DNA of 48,756 nt, taken from assembly GCA_000165425.1 (NCBI GenBank), contig CT868659.1:310001-358756 (forward strand), given 5' to 3'. The translations under genes and the position numbers were made by a program. The notes under the pieces were generated by a model that was given only the letters and a program-made list of their open reading frames with translations, had not been told where the DNA came from and made no database searches. Shown here one piece after another: positions 26,559-39,440 of the stretch. The number at the start of each line of letters is the position of its first letter. Position 1 is the first letter of the stretch. This DNA comes from Paramecium tetraurelia. Taxonomy: Eukaryota.

Positions 26559-28444
26559 TCATTATTTTCTTATCAAATTGCCGTTTGCCTTAACTTCTTG
26601 CTCCATAAAATATAAAATTCTCATTTCCAAGTTCTGGTTCTTTTTAACCTATTGCTCAAATGCTGATTTGGTATTCTGTAATTCATCTATTTTTATTTAG
26701 CATTCCTTGTCCTTTCTTTAAATAATTTAATCTGAAAATTTAAATATAAAAACTACTTAGTTGATTCATTTTCCATTGCAACTCCTGTATCTCCAAAGAG
26801 TTATTATTATAATTATTCATCTGCTCTAATTGTCTCTTATAGTTGTCCATTTCCAATTAATTTTAACACACCTATGACTCTAGTTATCTACATAAATGAA
26901 TAGATTACCTTGATTTTTATTCATAATGCAATAACATTTATTCATAGTCTTTAATTTTGTCATTCAAATTCTAAATTTAAGTTTCAAACAACGCCTTTTC
27001 TGCATTAGATAACATATTGTGACTATCTTCTTACATTTGTCTTTATTCTAAACGATCTCTCATTTCAAATATCTCCTACCTTAATAACTAATACCTTGAA
27101 TTCGCCTATTATAATTCATTTTATTAGAATTGAACCTATTAAATATAAGAATTCTAATTAATAAATAGATTCATACTTCTGATTAATCTTTTTGTATTGA
27201 TAATATACTAATTTATTCCTTTAATTAAGATACCGTATTACTGAGAGAAGTAATGGTTTAATGATTATTGTTTTTATCCTATCTAGCTTATTTTAGATCA
27301 TTTTCTAATTAGTTAATATAGATGATATATTCGGTCTTTTGAGATTAGTCTTTTAATTATGTCTCAAGACTTTATATTTTTTGATTGAGAAGGTCATTCT
27401 CTTATTAAAGTGCATCCTTCTAATTCAAGAGGCTTTCTGATTTTATTTCTAAGGAGGAAATGGTCTCCTTCAATTATTGAAATGTTTAATGATCTAATTG
27501 AGTATGCTGTAACTATTATCTTAGATTGTCATTGCTTATTTATAGTGTCAATAATTTAATTTCTGCTTATTCTAATTTATAACTAAGTTCTCTTTAAGTA
27601 TAATTGTTTTTTGTATTTGATGAATTCGGATGAGTATTAATGTGTTTATATTGGCTTATGTTTGGATTCATGTTCTCTTTACTCAACCTATTTTAAGAAG
27701 ACAATAACAAATCTTAATATCTTCTATCTGATTCAGATATTTATTATACTAATTTGTTATTCTCTTCCTGTTATATATTAATTTAATGATTTAATTTGGA
27801 ATTATCGTTAACTAATACAGTAATCTTTTGTTGTAATTATTCCATTATTAATTTCAACTTATCATACTCTGAATTACTTTGTTATGAATGTTATTGTTGT
27901 CTAAGTTGATTGTTATCATCAACTAATGAATTAGACAATTAGACAGATGATTTAATAACTTATATCACTTGATCAAATTGACTCTAAACAGCTTTATCAA
28001 ATGATTTCTTAAGATCTTCTAACTAGCAAATTGCGAATCTTAGTTGATCCTTTAAAATTTCATAATTATTGATTTTCATTCCTTTTGGTATTGTAGAACC
28101 TTTTTTATCAAAATTACTCTCTTAAGTATAATTCAAAGTTGTATTAAAGCTAGTAGAATCTAATAATCTATTAGGTTGTGTTTTATTTGGCATTAAGGTA
28201 GTGGTTGACCCAGATTTACCTCTAACTTAATAGAAGGAACTTCTCTAACTTTAATTAACTGGCAAATCTTTTATGGGTGATAATTGATCAATAATGCTCC
28301 TTTGATATGGATATTGTTAAATTACATTCTCATTTTCTAGCAACTCATGTAATTGGGGTTGTTATGATGTCTCTAAAGTGGTGTAGCACTTGATTGGCGT
28401 ACTTGATATGATGTGGCTGGTTTTTAAGTGAGTTACATACTCAT
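26559..28444 (-). CDS. Long coiled-coil protein with S/T-rich N-terminus
   Basis: MSMQLTQKTSHIISSTPIK.. Q/E/K-rich heptads with several tiny introns, ending ..MEQEVKANGNLIRKQ*. Confidence 0.78.
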
Positions 28445-28505
28445 TTTGCTGTTATAAAATTTGAATTATTAAATTTATATTTGTTTTATGAAAATGAAAA
28501 CAAGA

Positions 28506-29600
28506 TCAAGCTTGGTTGGCAAGTCTTTGGTTTCTTTCGTGGTTTTCATCTTCAACTTAGTTGAATCTGGCTTCAACCATCTCTTCTAATTCGGCAACCA
28601 ATTAGAGTTCGTTTCTTCTGGCTTAGGTGGCATAGTTGTATTCGTTGGCGAAGGTTGAGCATAAAGCTTAGGCTTAATCCCAAAGTTATTGGTTTCTTTA
28701 GAGTTTTCCTGAGGCGGTTTATGCAATAGCTGATTGAGTTCCGATTTATTGGTTCAATGAATCAAGTTTATTTTAGAGTCTTTCGTTTTAGGCTTCAAGT
28801 CTAGCGATGGTTTATCCAATTCTATCCTTTTAGTCATTGAAGGCAGCAACTGAAACAGCGTTTGATTCAGTGAAGTCGTTGTAAGCTTCTTGGATGTTTC
28901 CTCTCAAGGTTTCCAAAAGTTAAGCAACTCTTTCAAGAGCTGATTCATCGAGTTAACCTTCTTGGGCAGCCAATTAAGAAAAGGCATAGAAGACTGGGGC
29001 AAACTTGGCGGTTTCCTTGATGTTGAAGGCAGTTTAGAGCATGCTCTTTGAAACTCTGCTGATTTCAGCGAATGATCCTGATCCACTGTAGATGGCGGCT
29101 AAGATGTCTGAGGCTTCATCAATAGCATGGAGAGCGTCTTCATAATCTCTTCCTCTTCTCTTGAAGTATCCGGCTTCTGTTTCTGCAGCACTCAAAACAC
29201 TGTTCAAGTGTTCTTAAGCTGAGAAGTATTATTATTAATTGACTTCTTATTAGTTGGTGGCTCTGATCTTTGAGGTTTAAGCAACATTCAAGGCAGCAGT
29301 TGAATCTCTGAGGACATTGCTGGCATCAGTGACTTCAGCTCTTCTGAAAGCATTTTCAGAATCACATTCTGTGACTTAGACATTGTAAATTTCGTCGTGA
29401 TTAACTTATTCTGTGTTAACAGCATCTCTGAAGTCTCTCAATACGTTCAAAATAGCATCGAGTGGTGATTTGTTCTTTAATTTGGCTTCAACTTCAGCCA
29501 TAACTGCTGTCATTGATCTCTTCTTGGAGTAATCCAAGTTGAATTTTGGTGTAGCACTGGCAACGGCTAAAATAACCAATAAGCACAAGGCAAGTCTCAT
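28506..29600 (-). CDS. Trichocyst matrix protein precursor (TMP/GRL family)
   Basis: 364-aa intronless ORF: signal MRLALCLLVILAVASA, pro-region, SPLDAILNVLRDFRDAVNTEQ, two long acidic coiled-coil halves each with one Cys, RRNELQLV near the end. GC-rich, high-expression codon usage. Confidence 0.88.
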
Positions 29601-29712
29601 TTTAATAATAATATTTTTTTTTTTTTTCTCCAAAGCATAAAACGTGCACAACAAAAACGGATTTTTTAATAAAAACAACTAAATATATACAATTATCATT
29701 TTTATTCTCCAT

Positions 29713-30087
29713 TCAGACACTCGACCAACTCTCCTTAGTCCAAGCTCCAATCTCAAATTGCTACTCAATTCGAGAAGGTTACACACTCTTATTTCTTGTT
29801 CTTTAATTCATATTAGGCAATTCACTGTTCCCACTTTATTTAAGCATTATAGAACAATTTCTAATCTTCATAAATGTTATCTGATTTTTATTCGGTCTCA
29901 AATACTTAATCCCACATTTATTGCCACAATCAATTATCATTCTTTTCAATCTATAATCATAGCTTTAGTCTGTTTTTTTTACTATATCTTACCTTTTCAA
30001 TTTATTCAATTACCTATTTTGGCAGAAAAAGGAACTGATATCAAAATCATCAGAAAATAGATTAAGAATTGGATTTTGTTTAAACAT
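29713..30087 (-). CDS. Small hypothetical protein
   Basis: MFKQNPILNLFSDDFDISSFFCQNR|QDIVKK..FEIGAWTKESWSSV*. One 21 nt intron that contains an in-frame TGA. Confidence 0.68.
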
Positions 30088-30152
30088 TTAAATATGGTAA
30101 AATATTTATTAATCATATTATTTAATAATATTATATAACACTAATAACAAAT

Positions 30153-30734
30153 TCATTTAATAAACATTAATCCAACAATTACAATTAAAATGCATATTAT
30201 TACAATCCGATATCCTATTTTTGTTTTTAAAGACTATTATGCCTTAATTAATTCTTAAGAAGCCTTTTCAGTTTTATTTTCTGCATAAGTATAATTCTCT
30301 TCGATTGTAAACATTTAATCAACTTATTAAGTTGCAACCTCATGGATTTTCTCATAGATATTTTTGACTGTTTCCATACTCTTATGAACATTTTATAATC
30401 TCTGTTTTCTTTATGTTACATTATCTTAAAACAATTACACTTCCACTTAATGATCATCATGCAATAAACTTGTGTCTTCATCTACATTATTATATTCCAT
30501 CTCCTGTAACCTCTTATTTTGTTGCGAGTAATATTTCATTAATTTCATTATCTAATTCTCATCACCCTTTTTTATGCGTTTTTATATTTCCTTTTTAATA
30601 TTTTCAGACATCTATTAGCATTTACTCAAATATTCAGATTTATGATTTCCTTCTACTTCTTCATCAAGGAGATTTCGAAATTTTTCAATATCATTTTTTA
30701 ATTTATCATCTTCATCCTAATTATCTTAATACAT
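30153..30734 (-). CDS. Short syntaxin-like Qa-SNARE (193 aa, intronless)
   Basis: SNARE motif QRKQRLQNVHKSMETVKNIYEKIHEVATQQVDQMFTIEENY..ASQELIKA and tail anchor RIVIICILIVIVGLMFIK*. Confidence 0.85.
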
Positions 30735-31869
30735 TTAATATATAAATCATAACAAATATTATTCTTTATCTTAAAAATATATATATACTACTAATACTTA
30801 TGAGGATTAATATAAATATGAATATCATTATTTATATTATTAATTTAGTGGTCCTGCTTCATCCGAGCCTTGGAATTGTTACTAATAAAGGCTAAAACTT
30901 TAGGATTTTAGTTGAACCTCAGTATCCAAACAATTTATTAAAATACTCATACTATAATAAAAATTAATATTTGATGTTTCTTGAATGATAAATTCTTTCA
31001 TTGTAATATATGATTAAGCTTAATCTTTTAATTCAGCTTTAATTGTAGCATTCTTTTATGATGTTAACAATATTTTCTTACAAAAACATTTTTTCTTCTT
31101 ATAAAATTAGTAGTTGATAGTTAAAGGCAATTTTTTTAAAAACTATTCCATTTCCAAAGATAATTTCACTTTTAGTAATTAAAAATTTGAATTAAAAATA
31201 TTTTTTGTTTCTTTTTCTTACCAATCTTAAAACATTCTATTTTGTCTTTTCATAGACATTTGATACTTCTTGTGATTTTTTATCTTACAACATATTTAAA
31301 TGCATCCCATCATCTTAAATTGCACCAAGACAGCTTAAATTCTAACTTATAATTTTATTATTCTTCCTTTTTCTTCAGTTAAAATAACAAATTAGTTTAC
31401 ATAAATTCTTCATGTTATTATCTATCTTAGAATACTTGAACACTCTACTAATTGTTATCATCAATATTACATCTTTTAGAAGAAATATAATAAATAATAA
31501 ATGAAATTAGAGATTTCGTTTTTAATATACAATAAAAAATAAAATATATATGAAAATCCTAAATTTTATTCTTTAATTAGTTTTCTTTTTAATTTTACAT
31601 TTAACTCCTAATAGAAATAGATGATAGTAAATGACAAATTGACTTGATACCTTCGTTAATAAATTTGATTAGTTTATGAAAAATTGTATAGAAATACAAA
31701 AAATTATTCTACCGTCTCAAATTTTTTTTTAATAGATAACCTGAATAGCAGTGAGCATTAATAATATTAGACATATGCCAGTAATGGATTGATGTCTGAC
31801 ATGAAAATAATGAAAATAAGATAAATTATTCCATTTTAAGAAATAAAAAATAAAATTATTATGATAGAA

Positions 31870-33348
31870 TCAACAACAGCCTCTTTTTTTTGTAGTTGTT
31901 ATAATTTACTTATTAAATTAATTTAAATTATTATGTTAATTACTGCTTATTGTTGAAAAATACTCTTTGTTAGACTATTTCACTTATGAATTCTCGATGA
32001 TGTTGGCTATATATTTTTAGATTTGAGGTACGTTATTAAATTCATAATTGATCATAACTAAAAATAAGATCTCATTGACAGCACTAAAATAATTAGATAA
32101 AGTGTACCTCAAATCTGCTATTGAGATGGTTTTGTGGTTATATATGTATTTATATTTTCCTTCGTTTAGAAAGATTTTAACAAAAAATTATAACAATTAA
32201 TCTATATTTTTTTATTTATCTTTTAACTCTTGTTCATTCTGATTCTTTTATGAACTCATAACAAATTCTGTGATTTATCTCATTTCACTCAGATGAAAAT
32301 CAAGATAACTATCAATCTAGGCCTTAAGTCTTAAATTTTCTTATGGGTAAAAGTCTAATAGCATATATTATTCGCAAATATATTTTAAAATTGCGTGACT
32401 CTCAAAAAGAGTAAAGGTGCCTTATTTAATACAGGGAACTGTTTGATTCGGATTTATTTAAGTGTAATTATCAGATTTGTTTTCAGATTTCAGGATGTCT
32501 ATGACTTTTTCATTATATTCAATCTTAGCCATTAAAAATAAGGATCTTACAGCCCTTGATGGCGATGAAAGTGGATAAAAATATAAAGTGATTTGTTCTT
32601 ATTTTATTTATTTAGTCAAAATTGATTAAATGAACTAATTTTTATATTTTTGTTTCTAAATTAAATTAAAATACTCCTTATGAGATTAGTATAAATCTGT
32701 AATTTTAAACATTCTCCAAATGTATTGTTCTAATATTGGAAACTTTTCAAAATCAAAATTACAAATAAATAATGAAGTCAAATCACAGACTGCTCTTCAA
32801 AATTATAAAATTGATTACCTAATATCTGCGAGAGTAAAACTGGGTTAATCATATATATAATTATATTGCCCGTTGTTTAAGAAAGTCTTGGTAAAAAAAA
32901 CCAAAACTTCTTCTACGTCTACTAATCTTGAAACTCTGTTTTCAGGAATTTTGTTTCCTATCAACAACGGTTACAAATAACATTCTTTAGAGTAATCTAA
33001 AAGCTTAGTAAATTCGTTTTGATGCCAATCTAAATATGAATCTACTAAAGCCTTTTGTTATAATGTCTTATATAAATATTATATTTTTACATTAGGATAT
33101 AATTTGTAATCAGGTTTGTTAATACAAATGTATTTAATAATCGCATGACTTTCAAATAAACTGAAAAACCCTTCAGTAATTGCAGGAACGGTTTGATTAG
33201 GATTGATATTAGTGAATGCCTGTTTGACATTTTCTCCCTTTAAAACATCTATAATTTTTTCATTGAAGTCTGATTTTGTTAACAATAAGACTGTCTTTAC
33301 AGATAAACATCTATGGGAATATGGATTAAAATAAAGTGTTATAGACAT
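31870..33348 (-). CDS. Tandem double-domain glutathione S-transferase (theta-like) with C-terminal KKRGCC
   Basis: Two complete GST units (INPNQTVP..LFESHAI..ADI/ADL) in one reading frame with no TGA between them. Three 24 nt introns. Confidence 0.88.
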
Positions 33349-33421
33349 TGATTATTAAATTAAATATTATATAGTTATTAGACAATGAACTTAAATAGTA
33401 AAAAATATATAATTATTAATA

Positions 33422-34396
33422 ATGAAATATTAATCATTGAGCAATGATATAAAGAGAGTAAAGCAAATTGAAAAGAATAAGGAAGATTAGTTGAATAAGC
33501 TAATAACCAATATTGGATAAGAAATCTAATAGAAGTAACCACTTTAATTATAAAAATAGCATAGATGATCCTTATAAATATTTAATCAAAAGAAACTATT
33601 CAATTGAAGATAGAACTATTAAAAAAAGGGACAACATTCAATAACGCAGACCATAAGGAAGTATGTCCATAGCTGAAATTTGGACAAAGAAGATGAAAAA
33701 GCAATGTGATAAAATTTTGGAAGAGATGAAAAAAAAGTAAAACAAATAAATGTATATATAATCAATAAAATAGACTGGATTTATCAAAATAATAATCGAT
33801 AGATAATAGATAAATTGAGGAGTCCATGTAATGTAATCAATTATTCTAAATATATTAGCTCCATAAATTGCAAGTGTGATAATTGAATAATTGGGACTTA
33901 AAGCTTTAATGGGTAAATCCAAACATAAAAATAAAAATAAACAAATTGCCTAGTCGCCACATCAAAAATAATTGTCTTAATCCTAAATTGTGAATCAATC
34001 ACCTGATCCTATCAGAAATAGATTTGCTTCTAATTTTAATTTTGAACCAATCCAATATTCTCCTATTAAACAGTATCATCATAACAGCCAAAGTACCAGT
34101 AGTAGTACAAAAAATTTGTATAACGTAATAATATAAGTAATAGAATCAATAGCAACTTTAGAAAGTACAGTATTAATAATGAAATTAAAAGAGAAGTCAA
34201 TAAATGCATAAATGAATGTGATTCATTAATTCAAAATTATAAGGATGTTGATAAGTATATATGATTAATAAGGTCTTATAGAAAGTTGAAACAGCCATAG
34301 AAAAGCCGTTTAGATATTTTTGTTGAAAAACAGAGAAAAGAAACATTAGAAGAACTAATATTTATTGAAAGAAATAAACCCAAAAAGATATATTGA
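33422..34396 (+). CDS. Hypothetical low-complexity/coiled-coil protein
   Basis: MKYQSLSNDIKRVKQIEKNKEDQLNKLI..; two tiny introns restore the frame, ending ..RNKPKKIY*. Confidence 0.72.
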
Positions 34397-35029
34397 TCTA
34401 TATTTTCATATTTAATTTTCCATTTATTTTATTAATCATTATTGAATAAAAAATTGATAATCTCAATTATTGTTCAAACCATTTCTTATGTTATTTATAA
34501 TGCTTTATTCATAAGCTAGAACGATTATATCTTTCAGCTTTCTTGTAATACAACTTAAACATTAAGGTTTGATAATTGTACTCAAAAGCTTTTTATGAAC
34601 TGAATTAAAACAATTGGTATATTTTCAAATTTGATTGAAATCCTAAATACTTAAAATTAACATATAATTTTGATGGTTATTATTTTCAAATTCAACATGA
34701 ATAAGTCAGAATATTCAGGTAACTATACTATGTCCAATAAAGAAATGATTAGAAAAAAAGTAATATCCCAAAAGTAAACTGAAAGATAACATAAATTTAG
34801 TTTTCAATTTGCTTTTATTTAATATTTCTGTCTATAATTAATAGATTCACTATTGATGTAGCATAAATAATATGGCAATAATTAAACTACACTTTGGTTA
34901 TCATGGTATTTTCAAGAAAATTTCTCTTCTTAATAATAAAATATATTAATCAAAGCAAAGTATGAATATTTTTAATTAGATTCTTTTCTAAGTTTAATTA
35001 CAATATATATTATGACATATTAAAAATAA

Positions 35030-36190
35030 ATGTATTCGCTAGGATTGATGTTGCTAATGGTAAATTTAGCATTAGGGTAAGATTTTACTGCTCTTGATGA
35101 TTATGTGGAATTATAAATAGAGTAGAAAAGATTTCCAGGAGCTGTCATTGGAATACAAGATGGAAATTATCAATATACTTTTAAATATGGAAGAACTGAA
35201 TATCCAGGAGATCCAGAAGACTAAGCTCTGTTGAAAACATCAATTTTTGATTTAGCAAGTGTAAGTAAAGTTGTTGGATGCACTACAGCAGCAATGTTGC
35301 TTTGGGAATAAGGTTATTGATTAATTAATCAATAGGCAGATTAAATGTCGAAGAGTCAGTTTAATATTACGTACCAGAGTTTCCTCATCCAACAGTTCGA
35401 ATAAGACATCTATTACTACATAATTCAGGTTTGCCAGCTGATGCCCCCTTAGGAAATAGAATATGGACTAAAGAAGAAGTGTTGGATTGGTTATACACAA
35501 AAAGTACTTTGTTGTCAACACCTGGCCAAAAATATCTCTATAGTGATTTGAGTATGGTGACATTACAACAAGTAATCGAAAGAATTACAGAAACAACTTT
35601 AGATGTTTATTTGGATGAGAATATTTTCAAACCTCTTGGTATGCAATCAACTATGTTCAATCCTTCTGCTGATTTAAAGTATTGAAAATAAGTAAATTAG
35701 ATATCGTATACCTCCAACTTAAAGAGATGAAGTAGTCAGAAAAAGATTGATATGGGGGGAAGTACATGATCCAACAGCATTTTATTTAGAAGGAGTGTCT
35801 GGTAATGCAGGGTTATTTTCAACTGTTTATGATCTATTAAAATTTATGTAGATGATGTTAGGAAAGAACTCATTGTTTAAATATGAGACATTACTATATT
35901 GGACCAAAGTAGAAGAAGGATTACCCTATGCAAATAGCAGAGCATTAGGTTGGGACACTGTTCCAATTTAGACTTACCCACCTTGTGGTAGTAAATTCTC
36001 AAAAAATTCATTTGGACACACTGGATACACTGGAACATCTGTTTGGGCTGATAGAGATACTGATCTCATCGTTGTTATCCTAACCAATAGAGTCTATCCA
36101 GATGATAAAACCAGTGTTGTATAATTCAGATATGAAGTTACAAACATAATCGTCGATATATTAAAAAAATAGCATGAATTAACATAATGA
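35030..36190 (+). CDS. Secreted beta-lactamase-fold serine hydrolase (AmiE/YbbE-like)
   Basis: Signal peptide, FDLASVSK (SxxK, 35258), [14 protein letters not shown] (35539), [24 protein letters not shown] (36017), LTNRVYP. Two tiny introns. Confidence 0.9.
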
Positions 36191-36244
36191 TATTACATTA
36201 ATCACAATAATATTCATGTCTGATTTATAATATTAATAACTAAA

Positions 36245-36924
36245 ATGAATAATTCTCAAATTGACATATTCAAAACTCCATTTCGAAAGTTTAAACAAGA
36301 CCTTTATTGATAGATTAATGTAAAGTATGATGAAAACACCTACCAAACCAATTCCCTCAAAAACTGTTTAATCTTTTAACATAGCTTATCCTACTGCCGC
36401 TACTGCCATTTAATTTAATCCAGTACCAGGCCCAGGAACTTACAATCCATCCAAGCCTAAACGAAACAACAAAATTAAGTATCAATTAAACTATCCTCAG
36501 TTTTTCTGCCTCCCAAAGATAACCTCTAATTTCCAAACAAAACTCTTAATTAGGCCCTGGCAGTTTTGAACCAAAAAAAATATCAGCAACTTCTGTTAAA
36601 ATTGGAACATCAATAAGACCACCCTTGGCAATTCCTACTTCAGCTCCTTTACCTGGAAAATATGAATACTAATCAAAGATAATCGAATCTCAAGGTATTG
36701 TTTTCAAAGGAAGTTCTTATGATCCAATTATAAAAGAAATTCATTCAAGGCCTGGCCCAGGAATATATAATCCAGAAAAAAAGAGTTCATCACCTCAATA
36801 TCTATTCCCTAAAAGTCAAAGGCATGATTTTACAAAACAAAAACGAGGGATTCCTGGACCAATTTATGAGATTGAAGAAAAACCTCAAACACCATAATAT
36901 TCTTTTGGAAAATGCAAAAGATGA
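36245..36924 (+). CDS. SHIPPO/STPG (PGP-repeat) ciliary protein, ODF3-like
   Basis: Repeats PGPGTYNP, GPGSFEP, PGKYEY, PGPGIYNP and PGPIYE. Two tiny introns. Confidence 0.85.
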
Positions 36925-36996
36925 ACTATATCAGCTTTATTTACAAACCAAAAATTTAATTTATACTCTTCTAATAAATGAATATCTCAAACTTTA

Positions 36997-37373
36997 TCAA
37001 GAAATCAATTTTTAAGTGCACCCTCTGATATTTAAATAAGTCTCCGCGCTTGCCTTTGGGCAATTTCTAATATAGTTGAAAACAATTGAATCACAATAAT
37101 ATAATTAAGTAACAGGATCCTTATATTTTGCCTAAATCATAGATTTATCATTACTTCAAATCCAGTCACATCGCAATATCTCTTTGCTGGTTTCAGAGAT
37201 GGAGGTGCCTCAATTGAAAGATCTGATATATAATTATTATTACAATTAAATGCAGAATTATTTATTTAGACCTAAGCTTTGATATTATTAAATTTTCTTG
37301 ATTATGATTAACGTCTTGATTTCAACTCTTTTTTTCTAGCTTGCCATTAAGAATTCTTAAATTAATATGACAT
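36997..37373 (-). CDS. IES6: INO80 complex subunit C (YL1_C domain)
   Basis: YLSIEAPPSLKPAKRYCDVTGFE|AKYKDPVTQLYY..YLNIRG. Two tiny introns. Confidence 0.9.
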
Positions 37374-37604
37374 ATATCAACTAATTATATTATATATTAA
37401 ATTATATATACATAGTTAACTATTAGGAATTAAAATAATTTATATTAAAATTATATATATATTAATTTATAATCATAGTAACTTTAGAAGAGATTCATTT
37501 ATATTTTGTACATAGATAGTCCAATAATTATAAAAAAGAGGTTCAATAACTGTTCAAGACGTCCTCATATTCTCGTTAATTTATTTATATAAATCATTTA
37601 TGAA

Positions 37605-38593
37605 TCAAACTTTTAAGTTTACAATTAATTCAGTTTGATCTTTATTTGCAAGGGACACTAAATAATGACTTTACATAATATTCCATTCTTCCCATTCATC
37701 CATTAACTCTAATTTTTCAATTCTTTTTCTTTCTTCAGGATCAGTGGCAATTTGATACAATGTTTTCATATCATAAATTTCAACATAATTAAACCATTAA
37801 TTTAATCTGTCCTTATGCGCTTGTAAAGAGGGGAATGCATCAATCCCAACCAATGGACATCCTCTGTACTTTTAATTAAATAGAAATCTATACTTCAAAA
37901 TTTCGCACCATCATTTTACCAAATTGGTCACTTGGATTAAACATTTCATAATTCAAAAATGTCAGATGTGGAAACCATTTCGTTAGTCCATCCAATAATC
38001 TAGTCGTGGCTTCACTTTTAATGTATGTTAATACACATTCTGCATACACCAAGGTTGGAATGGTAAAATCGAGAGATTATAATGATTAATGTAATTGCTC
38101 TGTGTTACATAAATCTTCTCCAAATAATAAATAATTCTTATTTTCTGATTTGGCTGATAATTTATTTTATGATATAATATATTCTCCCAATAATGTTTTC
38201 AATTTATTAGATTCTTTAAGCTTTTTTATTTTTCTATCAACTACAACTGGTAAATCCACTTCAACAAATGTAAATTCTTTATTCTGATATGTTTGCCACA
38301 TAATGTAGGGGAGAGTATCATAACCAGATCCAAGTGATATTACATTGCATTTTTATTATTTGCTTATATAAGTAGAAACTATTCTATGAAAAATATTAAA
38401 TCTGCACCAGTAGCCTCTGTGTATTAGAACATCTTTTTTAGATGTGCCCTTTACGAATTCCTCAGAAAATTCGTCTTGGAAGTATTTGTGCTTAATTGCA
38501 GAACTATGATATTGAGTTTTGGTACATTTTTGCCATAGTTGCTTCTGCATTGGTGTCTTCAACGTGTATTTATATTGGATTGTGTTATTGCAT
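37605..38593 (-). CDS. LCMT1: Leucine carboxyl methyltransferase (PP2A methyltransferase family)
   Basis: VEDTNAEATMAK|SAIKHKYFQD..IHRGYWCR..VISLGSGYDT..FVEVDLP..DQFGKMM..LELMDEWEEW. Confidence 0.88.
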
Positions 38594-38640
38594 ATTCTTT
38601 TAGAAAAATATTGAATAATAAAATTAATTTTAAAATGAAG

Positions 38641-39440
38641 TCAAATGTCAACTTCAATGTAATCGCAATTTTTGATCCAGGTTCCATCCTTTGGCTTACC
38701 TTCAGCATCAAATTAAGAAGCAGAAATTGTTTGTAAAAATCTAGAATGTGTCACACAAACCACATTTTAGTTTCTATAAAATGACAATTCTAATTTTGCT
38801 TATTAAATCCTATTCATTGTGTCCATAAAGGTCTCAACAACAGAATCAGGTGGATACTAAAATAAGTAATCTAAAATATGTTTAGGTCCTCTTGAATCTA
38901 AAGGTTATTAGGATAAGTACTTAAATCATCGCATTATTATTATAATAAATATTGCTTCATTTATTATTTTTATTCTTGATTCCAAAGATATTCCATAGTC
39001 CACATATTAGGATATTATTATAAAAATTCAGTATTCAAAGTTCTGCTGAAATCAAATTGAGAATATTCATTCATCGTTGTTGTCAAATTACCTCCTATAT
39101 CACAAGAAGATGATAGCATTTCTCTTAAAAATGGAACAACGATAAATTTAGGTTTATTTGGATGATCTCTAAATAAGTAGTGTGCTGTCTATATCGCTCT
39201 TCTTAATGGAGACACAAGAACGATATCTACCTTAAATGAAGACATTTTTGTCGCCGATTCTAAACATTATTGAATACCATATTATGTTAATCCACAATCT
39301 ATAAGACTCTCATCTTGTTTGATTTTAAGTGATTCCTCTTTGAAATTTGTGACTTCCTTAGATGAATTTACAGCCAACCTAGCAGCAAGGTTATATTCAG
39401 ATTCTGCATGTCTGATTAGGATAAATTTAGATTTATTCAT
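38641..39440 (-). CDS. Histidine phosphatase (phosphoglycerate mutase family, branch 1)
   Basis: FILIRHAESEYN, LTQYGIQQC, LVSPLRRAIQTA, FLRE, VVCVTHSRFL. Confidence 0.9.

Noticed and set aside
28506..29600. GC-rich intronless island as possible foreign DNA
   Set aside because: It uses TAA/TAG as Gln and encodes a trichocyst matrix precursor. The GC bias fits high-expression codon usage.
28506..30734. Functional secretion cluster (trichocyst protein next to a syntaxin)
   Set aside because: An unrelated gene lies between them, both families are large, and nothing in the sequence indicates co-regulation.
31735..31805. Short inverted repeat AGACAT..ATGTCT with CTGA, possible snoRNA or SECIS
   Set aside because: The stem is only 6-7 bp, there is no convincing C box or guide, and I found no in-frame Sec TGA in the adjacent GST.
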